Both the position numbers and the translations under genes were made by a program. The notes under the pieces are model-generated. The model saw only the letters and a program-made list of their open reading frames with translations, was not told where the DNA came from and searched no databases. A stretch of DNA of 40,816 nt from a virus (lineage: Duplodnaviria; Heunggongvirae; Uroviricota; Caudoviricetes), in the IMG/VR virus record IMGVR_UViG_2563366884_000001, positions 1 to 40,816 of that record; one strand, 5' to 3'. Below are positions 8,606 to 17,378 of the stretch, one piece after another (the first letter of the stretch is position 1; each line of letters begins with the position of its first letter).

Positions 8606-9219
8606 TCGGAAGGAAGTCCAATCATCTTATTCAAATCTTCTACCCGTAAAGCAGGAAGTGCTGTACTTGCTTTATCTGCTTCTTTTGGTAGCAATTCTTT
8701 GCTTTCAGGCCAAACTTCAATAAGTCGCTTAACTGTTGTGACTGAGTTCAAAGCAGCCCATACATTTGATTCGATATCCTTTTTCTTGGCTTCAAGTTTT
8801 TGTTGCAATGCGCAGATTTCATCAAACCTTTTTGTTATTTCGTGTTCTGCGCTAAACATGCATTTATCTTTGGTCGGAGTAGGGAGCAATATATCTTCGC
8901 CGTTGCCGTCTTTCCCATATGAATGCCATCCAACCCTTCTGCCAGATACAGTCAGATAAATTGAAGTAGAACTAACATCGTATGAGTAAAATGAACATCC
9001 CATCTTTTCAAGTTCTTCACTTATAGCTACCAACTTGGATGATAACTGATCCACTTCCTCAGTTTTCTTTTTACCGCCAAACGCAATAACTCTGGCGTCA
9101 AGTGCAAGCTGGTTCTTTAACTTTGTTACTTCTTCAAGTTCAGTGAAAACCCCAGACTTAATTAAAGCGTTACGAGCGATTTCCTCTTTCATTCTCGTAG
9201 TTAAGCGGATTGATGACAT
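8596..9219 (-). CDS. Hypothetical protein (207 aa) between N and cIII
   Basis: GAGG SD before Met at 9219; no family recognised; occupies the lambda ral/sieB/ssb locus position. Confidence 0.5.
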   Translation of the reverse strand: MSSIRLTTRMKEEIARNALIKSGVFTELEEVTKLKNQLALDARVIAFGGKKKTEEVDQLSSKLVAISEELEKMGCSFYSYDVSSTSIYLTVSGRRVGWHSYGKDGNGEDILLPTPTKDKCMFSAEHEITKRFDEICALQQKLEAKKKDIESNVWAALNSVTTVKRLIEVWPESKELLPKEADKASTALPALRVEDLNKMIGLPSEAA

Positions 9220-9230
9220 ATTAATTCCTC

Positions 9231-9530
9231 TCAAATAAGTGGTTTGCTGCCTAATTTTATTTTCTGGCGACCAACACAAGTCACACCCATTTCACTGCGT
9301 GGCTTGCGGTAGTAAATACGGTTCTGTTTATGCTCGACTTCTTCTGCTTTCTTACAGCGAAGGCTTCCGAGTGATGCTGCTTTATCTGCTCTGACGCAAC
9401 CAGAGAGCTTTAGCGCAATTTTTCGCGCCAGTCGCTGCTCTTGCATTGCCTGTTCACGTTGAGCCTGTCTGCGTGCTCTGCGGCGATTTCTGGCGTTATC
9501 GTCAGCCAGATATGTAATGACTACTGTCAT
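9231..9530 (-). CDS. N: N-like transcription antiterminator (99 aa)
   Basis: Arg-rich N-terminus (DNARNRRRARRQAQREQ); C-terminus GVTCVGRQKIKLGSKPLI resembles lambda N C-terminus GITCSGRQKIKGKSIPLI; GGAGGT SD; first gene downstream of PL/nutL. Confidence 0.8.
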   Translation of the reverse strand: MTVVITYLADDNARNRRRARRQAQREQAMQEQRLARKIALKLSGCVRADKAASLGSLRCKKAEEVEHKQNRIYYRKPRSEMGVTCVGRQKIKLGSKPLI

Positions 9531-9637
9531 GTTGACCTCCGATGATTGACTTTGGCGGTGACGCGCCGGGTGCTTATCTTCCAGTTGCCGTCGTGCAGCT
9601 GCACTTCACGTCACCCCAAAGCCAACTACTCTTTGGT

Positions 9638-9678
9638 TCCCGCATTTCGGCGGGACAATCCCATCAATGTTAAAGAGC
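9638..9678 (-). promoter_or_regulatory. nutL: nutL: boxA GCTCTTTAACA (9678..9668) and boxB hairpin TCCCGC-CGAAAT-GCGGGA (9655..9638)
   Basis: boxA close to the CGCTCTTTA consensus; an identical boxA/boxB pair occurs after cro (nutR). Confidence 0.7.
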
Positions 9679-9699
9679 CTGCCAATCTGTTCCGTTTGG

Positions 9700-9800
9700 C
9701 TACCAGCGTCCTGCTGATGGCTTAAATTTAAGATCTCTTTAATTAATGGTCAAGAGTATTTTTGAAGAAAACTTAAATTTTCTTTCGTAACTTAAGTTTG
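9700..9800 (-). promoter_or_regulatory. PL promoter with OL operators (P22-type half-sites)
   Basis: Minus strand -35 TTGACC (9753..9748), 17-nt spacer, -10 TAAATT (9730..9725); overlapping ATTTAAG/CTTAAAT operator-like half-sites. Confidence 0.6.
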
Positions 9801-9815
9801 GCTTTGATTTTTAAA

Positions 9816-9845
9816 GGAAATAAAAAAAAGGGGCGAATGCCCCCC
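9816..9845 (-). terminator. Rho-independent terminator directly after the repressor gene
   Basis: Minus strand GGGGGGCATTCGCCCC followed by a 9-T run, abutting the c2 stop codon. Confidence 0.6.
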
Positions 9846-10496
9846 TTATGGAAGGTTTGCTAGTTTTGCATCGACAACTACGCCGATGATTTTGCAGTTT
9901 CCGTTGATCTCGATCATCGGATATTGTGGGTTAAGTGGTTTTAGAAACTTCCTGCCTGCATCAATAACTAACTTCTTGAAAGTTGCCTCGTTTTCTCCTT
10001 CGAGCTTTGCAACTACCAGTTTCCCGTTACGCGGCTCTACTTCAGGATCGACGAGTATTATCATTCCTTCAGGGATACTGAGACCGGCCGGAGCCGTCAT
10101 TGAGTCTCCCTTCACGTCCAACCAAAACGAATCTTCTGAACAGTCTACGGTTGTATCGTACCAGTTATCTATTGCACGCTTATGATATGGTTCTACAGCT
10201 TCCATCCAGCATCCTGCGCTCACCCAGCTAATCAGAGGGTATGACCCTCTTGGATCATGCCTACTGTGATAGGCAATGTTTGAAAGACTTTCCTCTCCTT
10301 TCATCAGATAGTCAGGGGAACACTTCAACGCATTAGCCAGGGCGAGAAGATTCTCTCCATTTGGCTCTGTCTCAGAGCGTTCCCACTGAGATATGGCAAC
10401 ATTAGACACGCCGACCATCTTTCCAAGTGCGGCCTGCCTGATCTTGAGTTCTTTTCTCCGAGCGCGAATGCGCTCTCCCATCAATTGAGTTTTCAT
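9846..10496 (-). CDS. c2: Prophage repressor, P22 C2-type (216 aa, LexA-like autopeptidase fold)
   Basis: MKTQLMGERIRARRKELKIRQAALGKMVGVSNVAISQWERSETEPNGENL... and C-terminus ...NGNCKIIGVVVDAKLANLP match P22 C2 along the full length as I recall it. Confidence 0.9.
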   Translation of the reverse strand: MKTQLMGERIRARRKELKIRQAALGKMVGVSNVAISQWERSETEPNGENLLALANALKCSPDYLMKGEESLSNIAYHSRHDPRGSYPLISWVSAGCWMEAVEPYHKRAIDNWYDTTVDCSEDSFWLDVKGDSMTAPAGLSIPEGMIILVDPEVEPRNGKLVVAKLEGENEATFKKLVIDAGRKFLKPLNPQYPMIEINGNCKIIGVVVDAKLANLP

Positions 10497-10576
10497 AGTT
10501 AAGACATCTTAAATAAACTTGACTTAAGATTCCTTTAGTGGATAATTTAAGTGTTCTTTAATTTCGGAGCGAGTCT
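10497..10576. promoter_or_regulatory. OR operators with divergent PR (TTGACT 10520..10525 / GATAAT 10542..10547) and PRM
   Basis: Three P22-type operator-like sites (e.g. ATTTAAGTGTTCTTTAAT at 10546..10563, AGTTAAGACATCTTAAAT at 10497..10514) between the divergent repressor and cro genes. Confidence 0.65.
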
Positions 10577-10762
10577 ATGTACAAGAAAGATGTTATCGAC
10601 CACTTCGGAACCCAGCGTGCTGTAGCTAAAGCGTTAGGCATTAGCGACGCAGCAGTCTCTCAGTGGAAGGAAGTCATCCCAGAGAAAGACGCCTATCGAC
10701 TGGAAGTCGTTACAGCTGGCGCCCTGAAGTATCAAGAAAGCGCTTACCGCAAAGCGGCATAA
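10577..10762 (+). CDS. cro: Cro, P22-type (61 aa)
   Basis: MYKKDVIDHFGTQRAVAKALGISDAAVSQWKEVIPEKDAYRLE... matches P22 Cro as I recall it; divergent from the repressor gene. Confidence 0.85.
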   Translation: MYKKDVIDHFGTQRAVAKALGISDAAVSQWKEVIPEKDAYRLEVVTAGALKYQESAYRKAA

Positions 10763-10769
10763 GCAAATT

Positions 10770-10813
10770 GCTCTTTAACAGTCATGGTCCTCATTCCCGC
10801 CGAAATGCGGGAA
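10770..10813 (+). promoter_or_regulatory. nutR: nutR: boxA GCTCTTTAACA (10770..10780) and boxB hairpin TCCCGC-CGAAAT-GCGGGA (10795..10813)
   Basis: Same boxA and boxB sequences as nutL, placed between cro and cII as in lambda. Confidence 0.7.
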
Positions 10814-10870
10814 TACAACGCGCATAAGTTGATGCGCATAACTTCTTATTTGTTAAGGAAATACTTACAT

Positions 10871-11164
10871 ATGGTTCGTGCAAACAAACGCAACGAGGCT
10901 CTAAGAATCGAGAGTGCGTTGCTTAACAAAATCGCAATGCTTGGAACTGAGAAGACAGCGGAAGCTGTGGGAGTTGATAAGTCGCAGATCAGCAGGTGGA
11001 AGAGGGACTGGATTCCAAAGTTCTCAATGCTGCTTGCTGTTCTTGAATGGGGCGTCGTTGACGACGATATGGCTCGATTGGCACGACAAGTTGCTTCGAT
11101 TCTCACCAATAAAAAACGCCCGGCGGCAACCGAGCGTTCTGATCAAATACAAATGGAATTTTAA
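10871..11164 (+). CDS. cII: CII transcriptional activator, lambda-type (97 aa)
   Basis: MVRANKRNEALRIESALLNKIAMLGTEKTAEAVGVDKSQISRWKRDWIPKFSMLLAVLEWGVVDDDMARLARQVA... is near-identical to lambda CII; start is an internal Met of the annotated 126-aa ORF. Confidence 0.9.
   Translation: MVRANKRNEALRIESALLNKIAMLGTEKTAEAVGVDKSQISRWKRDWIPKFSMLLAVLEWGVVDDDMARLARQVASILTNKKRPAATERSDQIQMEF
11109..11136 (-). terminator. oop-type terminator (to) antisense to the 3' end of cII
   Basis: Minus strand CGCTCGG-TTGCCG-CCGGGCG followed by TTTTTT, matching the 3' end of lambda oop RNA as I recall it. Confidence 0.55.
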
Positions 11165-11186
11165 TAACATCCAACGAGGTAATTAT

Positions 11187-11459
11187 ATGCGAAACAAAGG
11201 CTTTAATCCACCTGATACACACAAAGAAGCTAAGCGTTTGCGCTTCCTTCGTTCCATTGATGAAAGAACTCAAATCTCTTTTGTGAAAGTTGCCAGAACT
11301 GAGCTTCTGAAGGCTGAGGCGAGGGCGTTGCTCCCGTCTCTACCAAAAGAGGAGGGATATACGTTCATTCCAAACGCATTTCTGGAAAAGCTGATCAAAG
11401 AAGACATATCCGTAAGTCAGTTTAACGATGTTCTTAAGGTCTTTCGTCAAGGCAGGTAG
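11187..11459 (+). CDS. Hypothetical protein (90 aa) between cII and the replication initiator
   Basis: GAGGT SD before ATG at 11187; no family recognised. Confidence 0.5.
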   Translation: MRNKGFNPPDTHKEAKRLRFLRSIDERTQISFVKVARTELLKAEARALLPSLPKEEGYTFIPNAFLEKLIKEDISVSQFNDVLKVFRQGR

Positions 11460-11461
11460 TG

Positions 11462-12409
11462 ATGAGCAATACAGCAAAAATCTACGATTTCAGCGCCGCA
11501 CACGAGCGCAGGAGCAACAGGATGGAGAACCAGAAAACTGGTTACATTCCGTTGTACCGGAGCATTCTGAAACAGTCATGGGCGAAAGATGTTTATCTTC
11601 GCACCCTGTGGGAAAACCTTCTCCTGAATGCCGCCAGAAAGCCATACAAAGCGAATTTCAAAGGTCATGAATGGCATCTGCAACCCGGTCAACTGGTTGT
11701 GACAGCAGCTGATTTAGGTCTTCAGTTATGCGACAGGCATGGCAAGCCGGCAAGCCGTGATCAGGTTGAGCGGATGCTTCAGGTTTTTGTGAAAGAGGGG
11801 ATGATCTCCATTGATGGAGAGAAGCAAAAAGGTCGTGTGATCACCATCACAAATTACCATGAATACGCTCAAAAAATGGACAATTCCCCCGCACATGAAG
11901 CCGCACAAACAACCGCACATGATGCCGCACATGATGAAGCCAGTAATGGCGCGGCTTTCAGCGTACATGCCGCACATGAAAGCGCACATGAAGCCGCACA
12001 AACAACCGCACATCATGAACAAGAAGGTATTAACAAGAATATAAATAATACCCCCCTACCCCCCAATGGGGGAGGCGATGGGCAGGTTAAACCTGAACGT
12101 CGCAAGGCAGAACGAATCGACTACGAATCCTTCCTGAACGCCTACAACACCGAAGTCGGTGACAGGCTTCCACACGCTGTTGCGGTCAACGAGAAACGCA
12201 AACGCCGCCTGAAGAAAATCATCCCGCAACTGAAAACGCCAAACGTGGACGGTTTCAGAGCGTATGTCAGGGCGTTTGTGCATCAGGCCAAGCCGTTTTA
12301 CTTCGGAGACAACGACACGGGCTGGACGGCAGATTTTGATTACCTGCTGAGGGAAGATTCGTTAACGGGAGTTCGGGAAGGGAAGTTTGCAGACAGGGGG
12401 ATTGCATGA
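11462..12409 (+). CDS. Replication initiation protein (O-like / P22 gene 18 analogue) with internal origin iterons
   Basis: Position directly upstream of the DnaB-like helicase; contains tandem iterons encoding [10 protein letters not shown]-type peptide repeats; stop overlaps helicase start. Confidence 0.6.
   Translation: MSNTAKIYDFSAAHERRSNRMENQKTGYIPLYRSILKQSWAKDVYLRTLWENLLLNAARKPYKANFKGHEWHLQPGQLVVTAADLGLQLCDRHGKPASRDQVERMLQVFVKEGMISIDGEKQKGRVITITNYHEYAQKMDNSPAHEAAQTTAHDAAHDEASNGAAFSVHAAHESAHEAAQTTAHHEQEGINKNINNTPLPPNGGGDGQVKPERRKAERIDYESFLNAYNTEVGDRLPHAVAVNEKRKRRLKKIIPQLKTPNVDGFRAYVRAFVHQAKPFYFGDNDTGWTADFDYLLREDSLTGVREGKFADRGIA
11884..12040. repeat. Putative origin: about six CCGCACATGA iterons followed by an AT-rich tract
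   Basis: Repeated (C/G)CGCACATGA(A/T)G units, including two 27-nt copies of CATGAAGCCGCACAAACAACCGCACAT, then ACAAGAAGGTATTAACAAGAATATAAATAATA. Confidence 0.6.
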
Positions 12410-13782
12410 AACAGGATATCGAAGCGAGCGTTATCGGTGGCCTGCTGATTGGTGGATTAACACCAATTGCCAGTGACGTTCTGGCAACGCTTGAGCCGGA
12501 AGCGTTTTCAATACCGCTCTACCGGAAAGCCTTCGAGGTTATCCGCAAGCAGGCGCGAAACAGAAACCTAATCGACGCGCTGATGGTTGCCGAGGCGTGC
12601 GGAGAGGAGCATTTCACGTCAATCCTGATGACCAGCAAAAACTGCCCGAGTTCCGCAAACCTGAAGGGATATGCCGGAATGGTCGCGGATAACTATCACC
12701 GCCGTCTGGTGCTGGAAATCATGGATGAAATGCGTGAACCAATTCAGAGCGGAACCATCGACGCATCGAGTCAGGCGATGGATGAACTTGTAAAGCGTCT
12801 TTCAGCCATCAGAAAGCCCCGTGACGAGGTTAAACCTGTACGGTTAGGGGAAATCATAACTGACTACACTGACACGCTTGACAGGCGTCTGAGGAACGGA
12901 GAAGAGTCCGATACCCTGAAGACCGGAATCGAAGAACTTGACGCCATCACCGGAGGGATGAACGCGGAAGACCTGGTGATAATCGCCGCTCGTCCTGGTA
13001 TGGGGAAAACCGAACTGGCGCTGAAGATTGCCGAAGGCGTTGCAAGTCGTGTTATTCCTGGTTCTGACGTCCGGCGCGGAGTATTGATTTTCTCAATGGA
13101 AATGAGCGCATTGCAGATTGCAGAGCGAAGCATTGCCAACGCCGGGAGGATGTCGGTTAGTGTGCTGCGAAATCCTGCAGCGATGGATGACGAAGGCTGG
13201 GCACGTGTTGCTAACGGCATGAGTCAGCTTGCAGATTTGGATGTATGGGTAGTCGATGCCTCGCGGTTATCGGTCGAAGAAATACGATCAATCGCAGAAC
13301 GGCACAAACAGGAAAATCCAAACCTGTCACTCATCATGGCGGATTATCTTGGCCTGATTGAGAAGCCGAAAGCAGACCGCAACGACCTCGCAATTGCTCA
13401 CATCTCCGGAAGCCTGAAGGCGATGGCGAAAGACCTGAAAACGCCTGTTATCTCCCTAAGTCAACTTTCGCGCGATGTTGAGAAGCGACCAAACAAACGC
13501 CCGACAAACGCAGATTTGCGTGATTCAGGAAGCATTGAACAGGACGCAGACTCAATCATCATGCTCTATCGGGAAGCGGTATATGACGAGAGCAGTAGCG
13601 CCGCGCCATTTGCTGAAATCATCGTGACGAAAAACCGTTTTGGCTCGCTTGGTACGGTTTACCAGCGGTTCTGTAACGGACACTTTGTTGCATGTGACCA
13701 GGATGAAGCCAGACAGATTTGCACAGCATCAAATGCACCTGCTGCGCGTGGCAGACGATATGCACAAGGGGCTGACGTATGA
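12406..13782 (+). CDS. DnaB-like replicative helicase (P22 gene 12 analogue), 458 aa
   Basis: DnaB N-terminal region plus RecA-like core with Walker [10 protein letters not shown] and the DnaB signature near [12 protein letters not shown]. Confidence 0.8.
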   Translation: MKQDIEASVIGGLLIGGLTPIASDVLATLEPEAFSIPLYRKAFEVIRKQARNRNLIDALMVAEACGEEHFTSILMTSKNCPSSANLKGYAGMVADNYHRRLVLEIMDEMREPIQSGTIDASSQAMDELVKRLSAIRKPRDEVKPVRLGEIITDYTDTLDRRLRNGEESDTLKTGIEELDAITGGMNAEDLVIIAARPGMGKTELALKIAEGVASRVIPGSDVRRGVLIFSMEMSALQIAERSIANAGRMSVSVLRNPAAMDDEGWARVANGMSQLADLDVWVVDASRLSVEEIRSIAERHKQENPNLSLIMADYLGLIEKPKADRNDLAIAHISGSLKAMAKDLKTPVISLSQLSRDVEKRPNKRPTNADLRDSGSIEQDADSIIMLYREAVYDESSSAAPFAEIIVTKNRFGSLGTVYQRFCNGHFVACDQDEARQICTASNAPAARGRRYAQGADV

Positions 13783-13807
13783 CCATCTACATCACTGAGC
13801 TAATAAC

Positions 13808-13840
13808 AGGCCTGCTGGTAATCGCAGGCCTTTTTATTTG
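13808..13840 (+). terminator. Rho-independent terminator downstream of the helicase gene
   Basis: AGGCCTGC-N8-GCAGGCCT perfect stem followed by TTTTTATTT. Confidence 0.6.
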
Positions 13841-13854
13841 GGGGAGAGTAAATC

Positions 13855-14061
13855 GTGGTTGAGTTGATTTTCTCTGCATTGAGGATTCTCGGTGCCATGT
13901 GGATGGTGGCGACGTTCATTGTTGTTGCCAGCAGTTTTGTCCGGTTGGTAGGCGAAGGTAAAGACCCGGTGGGTGTGCTTTTCGGTAGCATTTTCCTGTG
14001 GGTGATTATCGGTGTTATGCCTGTTGTCGTAGCAAAAGTGGCGTGGCGTTTTGTGAGTTGA
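13855..14061 (+). CDS. Small hydrophobic membrane protein (68 aa), GTG start
   Basis: GGGGAGAG SD upstream of GTG; two predicted TM helices. Confidence 0.45.
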   Translation: MVELIFSALRILGAMWMVATFIVVASSFVRLVGEGKDPVGVLFGSIFLWVIIGVMPVVVAKVAWRFVS

Positions 14062-14078
14062 ACTGAGGGTAAGTATCG

Positions 14079-14345
14079 ATGGACGAATCAAGAAAGCAGT
14101 TTGAAGAATGGTTTGAAAATTACACCGGATGTGATCCTAAAAATAAAATATACGCCAATATGGTTGAGATGTATTGGCAAGCGTGGCAGGCATCGCGAGC
14201 AGCTATCGAGATTGAGTGTCCTGGAAAAAGAGAGCGTGAGGCATTTTCTACCGATTTCGAGGATGGGGTCACATTTGGTTATAACGACGCAATTAGTGAA
14301 TGCGAAGGACGGATTCGCGCCGCTGGAATCAAAGTGAAGGAGTGA
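14079..14345 (+). CDS. Hypothetical nin-region protein (88 aa)
   Basis: GAGGGT SD; no family recognised. Confidence 0.5.
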   Translation: MDESRKQFEEWFENYTGCDPKNKIYANMVEMYWQAWQASRAAIEIECPGKREREAFSTDFEDGVTFGYNDAISECEGRIRAAGIKVKE

Positions 14346-14347
14346 GT

Positions 14348-14512
14348 ATGAGCGCATACGAAGAAATCATGTTAGCCCTGCGATTCTTTTTCGATGTGGA
14401 AGAAGATGAAAACGTAAATGAGATTATCGGGCAAGACCATGACCCGATAGGGACTATTGCAGCTGCACTTGACGATTACAGGAGCGTAAATGGTGAGGAA
14501 ACTAACGTTTGA
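14348..14512 (+). CDS. Hypothetical nin-region protein (54 aa)
   Basis: AAGGAG SD before ATG at 14348 (internal Met of the annotated 70-aa ORF). Confidence 0.4.
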   Translation: MSAYEEIMLALRFFFDVEEDENVNEIIGQDHDPIGTIAAALDDYRSVNGEETNV

Positions 14513-14933
14513 ACTAAGAAGCACCATCCATCAGCAGAACGCCATTCAAGCTATCCAGCAAATCCTTCCAGACCCAACCAAACCAATCGTAGTAACCATT
14601 CAGGAACGCAACCGCAGCTTAGACCAAAACAGGAAGCTATGGGCCTGCTTAGGTGACGTCTCTCGTCAGGTTGAATGGCATGGTCGCTGGCTGGATGCAG
14701 AAAGCTGGAAGTGTGTGTTTACCGCAGCATTAAAGCAGCAGGATGTTGTTCCTAACCTTGCCGGGAATGGCTTTGTGGTAATAGGCCAGTCAACCAGCAG
14801 GATGCGTGTAGGCGAATTTGCGGAGCTATTAGAGCTTATACAGGCATTCGGTACAGAGCGTGGCGTTAAGTGGTCAGACGAAGCGCGACTGGCTCTCGAA
14901 TGGAAAGCGCGATGGGGAGACAGGGCGGCATGA
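14490..14933 (+). CDS. ninB: NinB (Orf-family recombination mediator)
   Basis: Near-identical to lambda NinB across the protein (…LTFE…HQQNAI…[52 protein letters not shown]…). Confidence 0.85.
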   Translation: MVRKLTFELRSTIHQQNAIQAIQQILPDPTKPIVVTIQERNRSLDQNRKLWACLGDVSRQVEWHGRWLDAESWKCVFTAALKQQDVVPNLAGNGFVVIGQSTSRMRVGEFAELLELIQAFGTERGVKWSDEARLALEWKARWGDRAA

Positions 14934-15106
14934 GACGACAGCGACGAAGTATCACCGACATCATCTGCGAAAACTGCAAATACCTTCCAACGAAACGCTC
15001 CAGAAATAAACGCAAGCCAACCCCAAAAGAATCTGACGTAAAAACCTTCAACTACACGGCTCACCTGTGGGATATCCGGTGGCTAAGACATCGTGCTAGG
15101 AAATGA
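14930..15106 (+). CDS. ninD: NinD-like small zinc-binding protein (58 aa)
   Basis: [30 protein letters not shown]... resembles lambda NinD; ATGA overlap with ninB stop. Confidence 0.65.
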   Translation: MRRQRRSITDIICENCKYLPTKRSRNKRKPTPKESDVKTFNYTAHLWDIRWLRHRARK

Positions 15107-15450
15107 CAATGGATTATTCACAGTTAAGTGATTTTGAAATTAACAGAATGGTAGGAGACATAATTTTTAAAGGCCTTTGGGCATGTAAGCCGGAAACGTC
15201 AGGGAATAATACCAACAAATGGTATTACGGAAACGCTGATACAACTTTTGAGCCATTAAACCATTTACCTGACTACTGCAATGATCCGAGTGCCTCATGG
15301 CCGATTATTGAGAAACACAGGATTTCTATCTTAGACCAGTTAACTGAATGGTGTGTGGATGCAAACGGCGTAAGACCAATATTTGATACCAGACCTCTCC
15401 GCGCCGCCATGATTGTCTTTCTCATGATGCAGGACGCCAATAATGCTTAG
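15103..15450 (+). CDS. Hypothetical nin-region protein (115 aa)
   Basis: ORF overlapping neighbours at both ends; no family recognised. Confidence 0.5.
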   Translation: MTMDYSQLSDFEINRMVGDIIFKGLWACKPETSGNNTNKWYYGNADTTFEPLNHLPDYCNDPSASWPIIEKHRISILDQLTEWCVDANGVRPIFDTRPLRAAMIVFLMMQDANNA

Positions 15451-15619
15451 CCCATCCCAATCCCTTCAATACCAGAAAGAAAGCGTCGAGCGGGCTTTAA
15501 CGTGCGCTAACTGCGGTCAGAAGCTGCATGTGCTGGAAGTTCACGTGTGCTCCGATTGCTGCGCAGAACTGATGAGCGATCCGAATAGTTCAATGTACGA
15601 GGAAGAAGACGATGAATGA
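15443..15619 (+). CDS. ninF: NinF-like protein (58 aa, CxxC ... CxxCC)
   Basis: [36 protein letters not shown]... resembles lambda NinF; below the ORF-track size cut-off. Confidence 0.6.
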   Translation: MLSPSQSLQYQKESVERALTCANCGQKLHVLEVHVCSDCCAELMSDPNSSMYEEEDDE

Positions 15620-15824
15620 TTACCTGAAATGGTATCTCTGCCACCGCTGGTTAATTAAGTTTGCTGTAAAAGACTGGATGACAGCGGATGCCAACAAGCT
15701 TAAGCAAAGAAAAGACTATTACTACGCCAGAATGAAGGAAAACTACTGCTCAATTCGCACTCGCATATTTATTAAAAAAGACCTTCAGTCAATTCTTCAA
15801 TTGCGAGGGAAGGTAAATGGCTAA
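15612..15824 (+). CDS. Hypothetical nin-region protein (70 aa)
   Basis: ORF overlapping ninF stop. Confidence 0.4.
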   Translation: MNDYLKWYLCHRWLIKFAVKDWMTADANKLKQRKDYYYARMKENYCSIRTRIFIKKDLQSILQLRGKVNG

Positions 15825-16107
15825 TCTACGCAAAGAAGCACGCGGCAGAGAATGCCAGGTACGTATTTACGGCGTATGCAATGGTAATCCTGAAACTACA
15901 GTTCTGGCACATTACAGGATGGCTGGAATTTGCGGAACGGGAATGAAGCCTGACGACCTGATCGGCGCATGGGCTTGTAGCGCGTGTCACGATGAAATCG
16001 ACCGACGCACCCATAACCTCGACAACAAAGACGCCAGACTTTGCCACCTCGAAGGCGTAATCAGGACGCAGGCGATACTGCTGAAGGAGGGGAAGATTAA
16101 GCCATGA
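15817..16107 (+). CDS. Cys-rich nin-region protein (96 aa, DUF1364-like)
   Basis: Several Cys/His clusters (CQVRIYGVC ... CSACHDEID); sits directly upstream of rusA. Confidence 0.45.
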   Translation: MANLRKEARGRECQVRIYGVCNGNPETTVLAHYRMAGICGTGMKPDDLIGAWACSACHDEIDRRTHNLDNKDARLCHLEGVIRTQAILLKEGKIKP

Positions 16108-16466
16108 ACGAATATCAGTTTGTGCTTCCATACCCGCCGTCGGTGAACACCTACTGGCGAAGACGGGGAAGCCAATACTACATCAGCGATAAAGGCCAGA
16201 AATACCGAAAAGACGTTCAGCAAATCATCCGCCAACTCAAGTTAGACATTTTCACCAAATCACGACTCCGCATCAAAGTAATCGCAGACGTTCCAGACTC
16301 CCGCCGCCGCGACCTCGATAACATCCTGAAAGGTTTACTCGATTCCCTTATCCACGCCGGATTTGCGGAAGACGACGAGCAATTCGATGACATTCGCGTA
16401 ATTCGTGGTGTGAAAGTACCAGGCGGACGGCTTGGAATAAAAATCACCGAACTGGAGAGCGCATGA
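16104..16466 (+). CDS. rusA: RusA Holliday-junction resolvase (120 aa)
   Basis: Length and motifs (…RRRDLDN…, C-terminal …GGRLGIKITELE) resemble E. coli RusA. Confidence 0.8.
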   Translation: MNEYQFVLPYPPSVNTYWRRRGSQYYISDKGQKYRKDVQQIIRQLKLDIFTKSRLRIKVIADVPDSRRRDLDNILKGLLDSLIHAGFAEDDEQFDDIRVIRGVKVPGGRLGIKITELESA

Positions 16467-16651
16467 ACGCCACAATTCAAACGATACCAGAGCTTCTTAT
16501 CCAGACACGAGGCAATCAGACCGAAGTGGCGAGGATGCTTTCCTGTGCAAGAGGAACAGTGCTCAAGTACAACCGAGACAGCAAAGGTGAGCGTCACGTA
16601 ATAGTTAACGGCGTCCTGATGGTCAGACAGGGCAAGAGGGGAAGACCATGA
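16463..16651 (+). CDS. ninH: NinH-like protein (62 aa)
   Basis: …TIPELLIQTRGNQTEVARMLSCARGTVLKY…IVNGVLMV resembles lambda NinH. Confidence 0.65.
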   Translation: MNATIQTIPELLIQTRGNQTEVARMLSCARGTVLKYNRDSKGERHVIVNGVLMVRQGKRGRP

Positions 16652-17271
16652 GACTCGAAAGCGTAGCTAAATTTCATTCGCCAAAAAGCCCGATGATGAG
16701 CGACTCACCACGGGCTACGGCTTCTGACTCTCTTTCCGGTACTGATGTGATGGCTGCTATGGGGATGGCACAATCACAGGCCGGATTTGGAATGGCTGCA
16801 TTCTGTGGTAAGCACGAACTCAGCCAGAACGACAAACAAAAGGCTATCAACTATCTGATGCAATTTGCACACAAGGTATCGGGGAAATACCGTGGTGTGG
16901 CAAAGCTCGAAGGAAATACTAAGGCAAAGGTACTGCAAGTTCTCGCAACATTCGCTTATGCGGATTATTGCCGTAGTGCCGCGACGCCGGGTGCAAGATG
17001 CAGAGATTGTCACGGTACAGGCCGTGCGGTTGATATAGCAAAAACAGAGCAGTGGGGGAGAGTTGTTGAGAAAGAATGCGGAAGATGCAAAGGTGTCGGC
17101 TATTCAAGGATGCCAGCAAGCGCCGCATATCGCGCTGTAACGATGCTAATCCCAAACCTTACTCAACCCACCTGGTCACGCACTGTTAAGCCGCTGTATG
17201 ACGCTCTGGTGGTGCAATGCCACAAGGAAGAGTCAATTGCAGACAATATCTTGAATGCGGTCACACGTTAG
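16648..17271 (+). CDS. Q: Late-gene antiterminator Q, lambda-type (207 aa)
   Basis: MRLESVAKFHSPKSPMMSDSPRATASDSLSGTDVMAAMGMAQSQAGFGMAAFCGK... matches lambda Q essentially throughout as I recall it. Confidence 0.9.
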   Translation: MRLESVAKFHSPKSPMMSDSPRATASDSLSGTDVMAAMGMAQSQAGFGMAAFCGKHELSQNDKQKAINYLMQFAHKVSGKYRGVAKLEGNTKAKVLQVLATFAYADYCRSAATPGARCRDCHGTGRAVDIAKTEQWGRVVEKECGRCKGVGYSRMPASAAYRAVTMLIPNLTQPTWSRTVKPLYDALVVQCHKEESIADNILNAVTR

Positions 17272-17313
17272 CAGCATGATTGCCACGGATGGCAACATAT
17301 TAACGGCATAATA

Positions 17314-17362
17314 TTGACTTTTTGAATAAAGTTGGGTAAATTTGACCTAACGATGGATAAAT
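17314..17362 (+). promoter_or_regulatory. Late promoter PR' with qut-like element (-35 TTGACT 17314..17319, -10 TAAATT 17337..17342, downstream AACGAT)
   Basis: Matches the lambda PR'/qut arrangement (TTGACT-17 nt-TAAATT-TGAC..AACGATGG) immediately downstream of Q. Confidence 0.7.
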
Positions 17363-17378
17363 GCACTCGTTAAATAAA

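Noticed and set aside
11726-12044. ORFs 11726..12022 (-) and 11859..12044 (+) with odd repetitive peptides (CGCLCGFMC…, [11 protein letters not shown]…)
   Set aside because: These are frame artefacts of the origin iterons inside the O-like gene; the repeated amino-acid patterns simply mirror the DNA repeats.
11880-12045. Possible CRISPR array suggested by short direct repeats
   Set aside because: Repeats are ~10-12 nt with irregular spacing, lie inside a coding gene, and there are no cas genes; this is an iteron origin, not CRISPR.
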